Below are positions 9,101 through 13,960 of a stretch of DNA of 13,960 nt, piece after piece. The notes beneath the pieces are model-generated. The model had not been told where the DNA came from. It searched no databases and worked only from the letters and a program-made list of their open reading frames with translations. Made by a program: the position numbers and the translations under genes. Source of the stretch: Fibrobacteria bacterium (GTDB lineage Bacteria; Fibrobacterota; Fibrobacteria; UBA11236); contig JBJHDK010000060.1 in the NCBI GenBank assembly GCA_050486505.1, positions 1 to 13,960 on the forward strand, written 5' to 3'. Numbering within the stretch: the first letter of the stretch is position 1; every line of letters starts with the position of its first letter.

Positions 9101-9267
9101 TCGCGGACAAGATGGGAGTGCAGCACTTCCTGACGCGCCTGGGCGGTGATCACACCCTGCTGCACGAAGACGGCCACCACGATCAAGGTGAAAATGACGA
9201 AACCCGTGATCGTCCACCAGCGAAAAATCGTTCGTCTATCCACGTCGCTCCCGGGGGTGAGGTACAT
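6148..9267 (-). CDS. Hybrid sensor histidine kinase (TM-CHASE3-TM-PAS-PAS-HisKA-HATPase-REC-REC)
   Basis: CHASE3 signature DIELGQRGFVLSGD..YLTPY and GEGKRVMD; two PAS/PAC repeats (FNPAAEEMLG..DITERR; FNRSAEKLLG..DISELK); H-box VSHELRTPL, N-box NLLSNAAKFS, G1 DDGPG, G2 GTGLGL; two receivers (EDD..LDLTLP..KP; EDD..LDLDLP..KS). Confidence 0.95.
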   Translation of the reverse strand: MYLTPGSDVDRRTIFRWWTITGFVIFTLIVVAVFVQQGVITAQARQEVLHSHLVREQIQRVFGRIKDIELGQRGFVLSGDAAYLTPYQQALHGNTGEESELPRAEAALTLWDVYAQLQEMVSDPVQARNVDSLGALIRERVRVAENVIQVRREQGEGPAIEVVLGGEGKRVMDATRGLVAEMLAHENLLLAGRQEIEAKNLRANSLLLYIVVGVFYAAWLFSLWLAGRSRSRRLRAEKQLREQHAHMQALVNSGSYGILSTDQNGVVRLFNPAAEEMLGHKAENLVGRKAAEVLACIHDEEELERRRQGLSEKHGRPVRGVELFTLPLTGTGSDRVWTLIRENGQRFPASVTVSPMHGKDGTFYGYMAILNDITERRRMERELSESNALFKAVINGTEFAIFAADASGKISVFNRSAEKLLGLESLQVVGQDAVNLMQALLPEEVEARTRKLVEKYGRPPEGVELFTLPLPEDSAYGQEWTLMRPDGKAVSVAMTVSLMRDSRENVIGSVALARDISELKANERLKKEFISTVSHELRTPLTSIRGALGLVAGGATGKLPEKAEELVKIAHRNSERLVHIINDILDIDKIESGRLTLYPRPLETGEFLTQVVEVNRPYADKHGIRFVLSTAPEDVWVTADPERLTQVITNLLSNAAKFSPEGSEVRVRAERRDHMLRISVEDDGPGIPEEFRPRLFDKFSQAEGADSRRYEGTGLGLNITKQLVEAMRGSISFETETGKGTVFHVDLPIGAVPVADGMAATRPDVARNPSSASPRILICEDDADVAALLRLLLERAGFEAEVANTLAETRKKLTTGSYTAMTLDLTLPDGSGLDLLKEMRMYPETENLPVVVVSARSDEGRASLKGDVIGLVDWITKPIDEGVLVRSLRRTVGAPRTKGRPRVLHVEDDSDLRVILGSSLKDSADWVGVSTLHEAEERLRTERFDLVVLDLDLPDGSGLELLKHLNELAGTSVPVLILSASETDNGVRAQVEKALVKSRLSEERIVETIRNLIRKHSPDAADAAATNPEASPKGTEDRA

Positions 9268-9272
9268 GGGTA

Positions 9273-9281
9273 AGAATAGTA
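9273..9281 (-). promoter_or_regulatory. Putative -10 box of a leaderless promoter for the kinase-GT2 operon
   Basis: The minus strand reads TACTATTCTtacccATG: TAnnnT lies 5-8 nt before the ATG and no SD is present. Confidence 0.55.
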
Positions 9282-9290
9282 TTGGGGTGA

Positions 9291-9430
9291 GAGATAGGAG
9301 GTAGGAGGTGAAGCTGCCAGGTCGGCCCTGTGCCGGTCAACGACCGCAGCTCTATTGTTCTATTGCTGTATTGATGTCTGTTGTACTGCCGCGTTCCCCC
9401 CTGTCCCCTGCACCTCCTACCTCCTACCTC
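9291..9430. repeat. Composite intergenic element, copy 1: 20-bp inverted repeats built from AGGAGGT heptamers enclosing a hairpin and ATTG octamers
   Basis: 9291-9310 gagataggaggtaggaggtg matches the reverse complement of 9411-9430 at 19/20 positions. Hairpin at 9312-9351; octamer array at 9352-9390. Confidence 0.8.
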
Positions 9431-9442
9431 CTGCCCCCTACC

Positions 9443-9448
9443 TATCTT
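9443..9448 (+). promoter_or_regulatory. Putative -10 box (TATCTT) of a leaderless proS promoter
   Basis: TATCTT-tccccccc-ATG (8-nt spacer), with no purine-rich SD before the start at 9457. Confidence 0.6.
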
Positions 9449-9456
9449 TCCCCCCC

Positions 9457-11199
9457 ATGCACGTCTCCAAATTCGTCGTCAAGACCCTCCGCGAAGCCCC
9501 CACCGGGGCCGAACTTCCCAGCCACGTCTTCCTGTTGCGCGGCGGCTATGTCAAGCAGCTCGCCTCGGGACTTTACTCCGTCATGCCGCTCGGCAAGCGC
9601 ATATTACAGCGCATCGAGCAGGTCATCCGCGAAGAGATGAATGCCATCGACGGCCAGGAGGTCGAACTCCCCCTCGTCCATCCCGCCGAGCTGTGGGAAG
9701 AGTCGGGCCGCCTTTCCGCCATCGGACAGGAGCTGCTGCGTTTCAAGGACCGCGGCGAACACCCCATGGTGCTGGCCATGACCCACGAGGAGGCCATCAC
9801 CGACCTCGCGCGCCACTTCCTGAACTCGTGGAAGCAACTGCCCTTCATGCTGTACCAGTTCCAGCTCAAGTTCCGCGACGAACCGCGCTCGCGCGGCGGG
9901 CTGGTGCGCGTGCGCGAGTTCACCATGAAGGACGCCTACAGCTTCCACCGCACGCAGGAGGATCTGGACACATATTACGAAAAGGCTTACGCCGCCTACG
10001 AGCGCATTTTCAATCGCGTCGGCATCGATCCCGTGATCGTGCAGTCGGACACCGGCATCATGGGCGGCAAGGTCGCGCACGAGTTCATGCTCGAGACCCC
10101 GCACGGAGAGGACTACCTCATCCTCAGCGAGGACGGCGCCTATTCCGCCAACCAGGAGATCGCGGCGTTCGACCGTGAATCGGCGAAGGAACCCCCCGCA
10201 TCCCTTGAGAAAGTCGCGACGCCCGGAAAAACCACGATCAACGAGGTCACGACCTTCCTGAAGACGGACGCGAAGCACGCCATGAAGGCGGTGTTGTACG
10301 AAACGGAAATTTCGGGGGTCCGGACCTTGGTCTTCACCGTGGTCCGGGGCGACCTGGAGGCCAGCGACGTCAAGGTGCGCAACCACCTGAAAGCGCCCTT
10401 CCTGCTGCCCGCGCAGGACGAGTTCATCCGCAGCTTCGGCATCGTGCCCGGCTACGCCTCGCCCGTTGGCCTGGATAAAAATGGGGAACGCAAGGATCTC
10501 GTCGTACTCGCGGACATCTCCATCGCGCAAGGCAACAACTTCGTCGGTGGCGCGAATGAGGAGGGCTTCCACCTCGTGAACGTCAACTTCGGCCGCGACT
10601 TCACCGTGCCCGAAACACACGTCGGCGATTTCGCGAAAGCGGAGTCTGGGCACCTCGCGCCCGATGGAAAATCACGACTCAAGGCGGTGCGCGGCATCGA
10701 GATCGGCAACATCTTCAAGCTCGGCACCAAGTTCACCGAATCGATGAAGTGCGCCTATCTCGACGAAGCGGGCAAGCACCAGGCGCCCATCATGGGCTGC
10801 TACGGAATCGGTGTGGGCCGCCTGATGGCCGCCGTCATCGAAAACTCGCACGACGACTTCGGCCCGGTCTGGCCGAATGAAATCACGCCCTTCCACGCGC
10901 ACCTGGTCAATATCGGCCAAGAACCCGAGGTGGTGGAGGCCTGCGAGAAACTCAAGACCGAACTCGAGACGGCGGGCTTCGAGGTGCTGTTCGACGACCG
11001 CGACGAGCGCCCGGGCGTGAAGTTCAAGGACGCGGACCTGTGGGGCATCCCGGTGCGCGTGGCCATCGGGAAGAAAACCCTGGCGGCCGAAGGCGGCCCG
11101 TCGGTCGAATGGAAACCGCGCCGTGAGAAGGGGTTCGAGTTGGTGCCGGTCGGCGAGGTTGCGGGGAGATTGAAGGAGTGGTACGGGGGAAACGGTTAA
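9457..11199 (+). CDS. proS: Proline--tRNA ligase, bacterial type with INS editing domain
   Basis: SHVFLLRGGYVKQLASGLY, motif 2 FRDEPRSRGGLVRVREFTMKDAYSF, editing insertion (VATPGKTTI..GGAN), GIEIGNIFKLG, motif 3 MGCYGIGVGR and anticodon domain DDRDERPGVKFKDADLWG. True start taken as MHVSK (9457). Confidence 0.98.
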   Translation: MHVSKFVVKTLREAPTGAELPSHVFLLRGGYVKQLASGLYSVMPLGKRILQRIEQVIREEMNAIDGQEVELPLVHPAELWEESGRLSAIGQELLRFKDRGEHPMVLAMTHEEAITDLARHFLNSWKQLPFMLYQFQLKFRDEPRSRGGLVRVREFTMKDAYSFHRTQEDLDTYYEKAYAAYERIFNRVGIDPVIVQSDTGIMGGKVAHEFMLETPHGEDYLILSEDGAYSANQEIAAFDRESAKEPPASLEKVATPGKTTINEVTTFLKTDAKHAMKAVLYETEISGVRTLVFTVVRGDLEASDVKVRNHLKAPFLLPAQDEFIRSFGIVPGYASPVGLDKNGERKDLVVLADISIAQGNNFVGGANEEGFHLVNVNFGRDFTVPETHVGDFAKAESGHLAPDGKSRLKAVRGIEIGNIFKLGTKFTESMKCAYLDEAGKHQAPIMGCYGIGVGRLMAAVIENSHDDFGPVWPNEITPFHAHLVNIGQEPEVVEACEKLKTELETAGFEVLFDDRDERPGVKFKDADLWGIPVRVAIGKKTLAAEGGPSVEWKPRREKGFELVPVGEVAGRLKEWYGGNG

Positions 11200-11212
11200 C
11201 GACCAAGATCCC

Positions 11213-12166
11213 TCATCCCCCGCCATCGACGGTCTTGACGATAATGCCCGACTCACCCACGGCCCACCCTGTCAAGGCATCCACAAACGCCACTGCGAAG
11301 AGATACGCCGGTGTTCCGCCCTGATCGGTCCAGGTCAGGCCACCATCCGCGGTTTTAAGAATTCCGCCCCCGTCACCCACGGCCCAGCCCGTCAGGGAAT
11401 CGATGAAGTACAGTCCGAGGATGCCGCCGGTGGGGCTCCACACACGCTGCCACGTCACCCCACCATCGTCCGATTTGAGAATGCGCTGGGAACCGCCCGC
11501 GAAGACGACGGCACCGCCCGCGTGGCAGACGGCATAGAGTTCGTAATCCTCCCCTCCGCCTTGCGCGCTCCAGGTCTGTCCGCCATCATGCGTGAGAAGC
11601 ACGATTCCGCTCCCGCCAACGACGATCCCTGTGTCAGGGGTCAGGAAATGCAGGGAGTGCAGAACCTCCGTCGTGCCGCCTGACAGTTCGCTCCAAGTTC
11701 CTCCTCCATCGAGGGTCCTGAACAAGCCTCCATTCTCGCCCGCGATGTAGCCGACGGAAGGCGAAGGAAAATGCACTGCGAACAGGGAACTTTCAGTCCC
11801 CGGGCCCACCGGGACCCAGTTGGCACCCCCGTCCGTGGTGCGGAGCACGGTTCCATTCGCCCCCGTGATCCAACCGGTGTCGATCCCCGGAAAAAACACC
11901 GAGAAAAACGTTTCAGTGGTGCCGCTGTGCCGGGACTGCCAATTCGCCCCGCCATCCATGGTCTTCAGGATGGTACCCCCGGCCCCCACGACCCAACCCG
12001 TCAGGGAATCAATGAAGTGAACGGCGTTCAGGGTCTGCTCCCCGATCCCCGAAGACTGCGAAAACCACCCCTTGGGGTCGTGGCGATTTGCGGAATCCCC
12101 CGAACCGGCCAGGCAACCGCACAGAAGCCCCCCCGTCAAAAAAGCGATGATGATCCGGAAGTGCAT
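11213..12166 (-). CDS. Lipoprotein with a 7-bladed YCF48/BNR(Asp-box)-like beta-propeller
   Basis: Signal peptide with lipobox-like LLCG-C; seven ~40-42 aa repeats W..SGT..L..V.F.D..TGW.VG..G.IL.T.DGG. Start placed at MHFRII (12166). Confidence 0.85.
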   Translation of the reverse strand: MHFRIIIAFLTGGLLCGCLAGSGDSANRHDPKGWFSQSSGIGEQTLNAVHFIDSLTGWVVGAGGTILKTMDGGANWQSRHSGTTETFFSVFFPGIDTGWITGANGTVLRTTDGGANWVPVGPGTESSLFAVHFPSPSVGYIAGENGGLFRTLDGGGTWSELSGGTTEVLHSLHFLTPDTGIVVGGSGIVLLTHDGGQTWSAQGGGEDYELYAVCHAGGAVVFAGGSQRILKSDDGGVTWQRVWSPTGGILGLYFIDSLTGWAVGDGGGILKTADGGLTWTDQGGTPAYLFAVAFVDALTGWAVGESGIIVKTVDGGG

Positions 12167-12172
12167 GGGGGG

Positions 12173-12178
12173 AAGGTA
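12173..12178 (-). promoter_or_regulatory. Putative -10 box (TACCTT) of a leaderless promoter for the propeller lipoprotein
   Basis: The minus strand reads tacTACCTT-cccccc-ATG, with no SD. Confidence 0.55.
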
Positions 12179-12183
12179 GTACC

Positions 12184-12308
12184 GGGGACAGAGAGACACA
12201 GCAATATGACAGTAGGGCAGTGCAACAATGCAGCAATAGAACAATGGAGCAGCACGGCAGAATAAACCAGCGCCGCATCAGCCGCGCAGCTTCACCTGCT
12301 ACCTCCTA
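12184..12308 (-). repeat. Composite intergenic element, copy 2 (inverted relative to copy 1)
   Basis: The reverse complement of 12286-12308 matches 9295-9317 at 22/23; that of 12223-12253 matches 9346-9376 at 27/31. Six-unit octamer array at 12200-12247; shared ctgtcccc motif (12184-12191 vs 9401-9408). Confidence 0.8.
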
Positions 12309-12335
12309 CCCACTCCTCCCGTCTCCCGCCTTATC

Positions 12336-12363
12336 TATTATTCCCCCCCATACAAACCGGGAG
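12336..12363 (+). promoter_or_regulatory. Putative -10 box (TATTAT) and SD (GGGAG) for the yebC-ruvC-ruvA operon
   Basis: TATTAT at 12336-12341 is followed by tccccccc-ATA, the same geometry as the other three promoters. GGGAG at 12359-12363 lies 7 nt before the ATG. Confidence 0.55.
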
Positions 12364-12370
12364 TATTTTT

Positions 12371-13114
12371 ATGTCCGGCCATTCGAAATGGGCGACCACC
12401 AAGCGCAAGAAGGCGCGCATCGACCAGGCCCGCGCCAAGGTCTTCAACCGCATCATCCGCGAACTCACCGTCGCCGCCCGTGCCGGCGGATCAGACCCCG
12501 ACGCCAACCCACGCCTGCGCGCTGCGGTGCTCAAGGCCAAGGCCGCCAACATGCCCGCGAAGAACATCGAGGCCAACATCGCCAAGGGCGCAGGGGAACT
12601 CGAGGGCGTGCAGTACACCGAAATCACCTATGAGGGCTACGGCCCCGGCGGCACGGCCATCCTGGTCGACACCGTCACCGACAACCGCGTGCGCACCGTC
12701 GCCGAGGTCCGGCACGCCTTCAGCAAGCACGGCGGCAACATGGGCGAGGCCAATTCCGTGGGGTGGATGTTCAAAAGCAAGGGCGTGATCACCGTGCCCA
12801 AGGACAAGATCGAAGAAGATGCGCTTTTCGAGCTCGCCACGGAGAACGGCGCCGAGGACTTCGACGCCTCGGGCGACGAATACGAGATCCGCACCGAGCC
12901 CGAGAACTTCCACGCCATGGTGGACGCCCTGCAGAAGAAGGGATTCGAACCTTCGAGCTCGGAGCTGGTGAAGGTCGCCGACAACATGATCAAGGTCACG
13001 GGCGAGGACGCCGCCAAGGCACTCCGACTGCTCGAAATGCTCGACGATCTTGACGACGTGCAGAACGTGCACACCAACGCCGAGTTCGACCAGCAGGAGC
13101 TCGAGTCCCTTTAA
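12371..13114 (+). CDS. yebC: YebC/PmpR (TACO1) family protein
   Basis: MSGHSKWATTKRKK, NPRLR, YEGYGPGG, TDNRVRT and DDLDDVQNVHTN; canonical position upstream of ruvC-ruvA. Confidence 0.97.
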   Translation: MSGHSKWATTKRKKARIDQARAKVFNRIIRELTVAARAGGSDPDANPRLRAAVLKAKAANMPAKNIEANIAKGAGELEGVQYTEITYEGYGPGGTAILVDTVTDNRVRTVAEVRHAFSKHGGNMGEANSVGWMFKSKGVITVPKDKIEEDALFELATENGAEDFDASGDEYEIRTEPENFHAMVDALQKKGFEPSSSELVKVADNMIKVTGEDAAKALRLLEMLDDLDDVQNVHTNAEFDQQELESL

Positions 13115-13138
13115 GGCTCCGGCACGAGGAAACGCTCC

Positions 13139-13630
13139 GTGATCGCGATGGGAGTCGACCCGGGCACCGCGGTCACGGGATACGCCTTCCTCGAGCAGCG
13201 TGCGGGGAGCATCCGCGTGCTGGAGTACGGCGTCATCCGCAGCCGCGCCTCCGAACCCCTGCCCCGCCGCCTCGAAAAAATCCACCGGGAACTGGGCGCG
13301 CTCATCGAGACCTACACCCCGGACGTTCTCGCCCTGGAATCCATCTTCCTCGCGAAGTTCCCGCAGTCGGCCCTCGTGCTGGGGCATGCGCGGGGGGCCA
13401 TCATGGTGGCCGCCCAATCCCGCGGGGTTCCCGTGAAGGAATATGCTCCGCGCCTGGTCAAAAAGGCCGCAGTGGGGCGCGGCGGCGCATCGAAGGAACA
13501 GGTGGCGGCGCTCATGCAATCGCACTTGCAACTGCGCGACCTGCCGAAACCCGCTGACGCGGCCGACGCGCTGGCCGTGGCGTTTTGCCATCTTTTGCAC
13601 GCCGGATCCGGACGGAGGAGGACCAAGTGA
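13139..13630 (+). CDS. ruvC: Holliday junction resolvase RuvC
   Basis: GVDPG..TGY, ALESIF, LGHARG, EYAP..VKKA..G.G.ASKEQV and DAADALAVA. GTG start with GAGGA upstream. Confidence 0.97.
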   Translation: MIAMGVDPGTAVTGYAFLEQRAGSIRVLEYGVIRSRASEPLPRRLEKIHRELGALIETYTPDVLALESIFLAKFPQSALVLGHARGAIMVAAQSRGVPVKEYAPRLVKKAAVGRGGASKEQVAALMQSHLQLRDLPKPADAADALAVAFCHLLHAGSGRRRTK

Positions 13631-13960
13631 TCGAATTCCTGCGCGGACGCCTCGCCGTCAAGCACGCCACCCGTCTCGTCATCGACATCGGCGGCGTCGC
13701 CTTCGGCGTCGATGTCTCATTGCGCACCGCCGAGCGTGCCGGCAACCCCGGCGACACCGTGGAAATCCTCACCTACCTCCACGTGCGCGAAGAGGCCCTC
13801 GATCTCTACGGCTTCACCGATGCGGCCGAGCGTGCACTTTTCCTCAAGCTGCTCGGCGTCTCGGGTGTCGGCCCCAAGCTCGCGCTCCGCATTCTCTCGG
13901 CGGTCAGCCCGCAGAAGCTGGCCGACATGATTTTGCACGGCGACGTGCGCGGCCTCACGC
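13627..13960 (+). CDS. ruvA: Holliday junction branch-migration protein RuvA (5' part, truncated by the window end)
   Basis: Read manually because it is absent from the ORF track. GTG at 13627 (GTGA overlap with the ruvC stop, GAGGAGG SD) gives MIEFLRGRLAVK..IDIGGVAF..TYLHVREEALDLYGF..LFLKLLGVSGVGPKLALRILS. Confidence 0.96.
   Translation, partial: MIEFLRGRLAVKHATRLVIDIGGVAFGVDVSLRTAERAGNPGDTVEILTYLHVREEALDLYGFTDAAERALFLKLLGVSGVGPKLALRILSAVSPQKLADMILHGDVRGLT

Noticed and set aside
9355..9456. N-terminal extension MFYCCIDVCC... of ProRS in the ORF track
   Set aside because: It is a translation of the intergenic repeat element from a TTG. ProRS homology starts at MHVSK (9457), directly after a -10-like box.
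9268..9456. T-box riboswitch upstream of proS
   Set aside because: No GGTGGNACC T-box sequence or U-tailed terminator is present; the same element also lies before unrelated genes; the promoter appears to abut the start codon.
12167..12244. N-terminal extension MFYCCIVALP... of the propeller protein
   Set aside because: Same repeat block read from a TTG. The signal peptide and lipobox only make sense from MHFRII (12166).
9295..12308. CRISPR array interpretation of the conserved blocks with a ~30-nt variable spacer
   Set aside because: Blocks A and B differ from each other, there is only one spacer per locus, the copies are 3 kb apart and inverted, and no cas genes are present.
9604..13600. 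Long minus-strand ORFs opposite proS and yebC/ruvC (9604-10653, 12491-13600)
   Set aside because: Antisense shadows of conserved housekeeping genes.
12371..13960. yebC-ruvC-ruvA as a recombination system dedicated to the neighbouring repeats
   Set aside because: This gene order is widespread housekeeping synteny; nothing in the sequence links it to the repeat element.

Overview
High-GC bacterial DNA, most likely from a diderm (it encodes an outer-membrane barrel and a lipoprotein). The left part (938-9267, minus strand) is a tightly overlapping six-gene operon: CHASE3-PAS-PAS hybrid histidine kinase with two receiver domains, then a single-domain receiver, an Hpt-REC-REC protein, a TPR + YaiO-like outer-membrane beta-barrel, a membrane-anchored HEAT-repeat protein and a processive GT2 synthase (PgaC/IcaA-like). 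It looks like a surface-glycan synthesis/export system wired to a phosphorelay that has five receiver domains but no DNA-binding or GGDEF/EAL output. A nitroreductase follows on the minus strand. The right part holds proS, a convergent 7-bladed YCF48/BNR-like beta-propeller lipoprotein, and yebC-ruvC-ruvA (ruvA truncated by the window end). The two divergent intergenic regions (9268-9456 and 12167-12370) are inverted, diverged copies of one composite non-coding element: AGGAGGT heptamers, a hairpin whose pairing is kept although its inner sequence differs, and ATTG octamers. They end in TAnnnT boxes just upstream of SD-less ATGs, which suggests leaderless transcripts.
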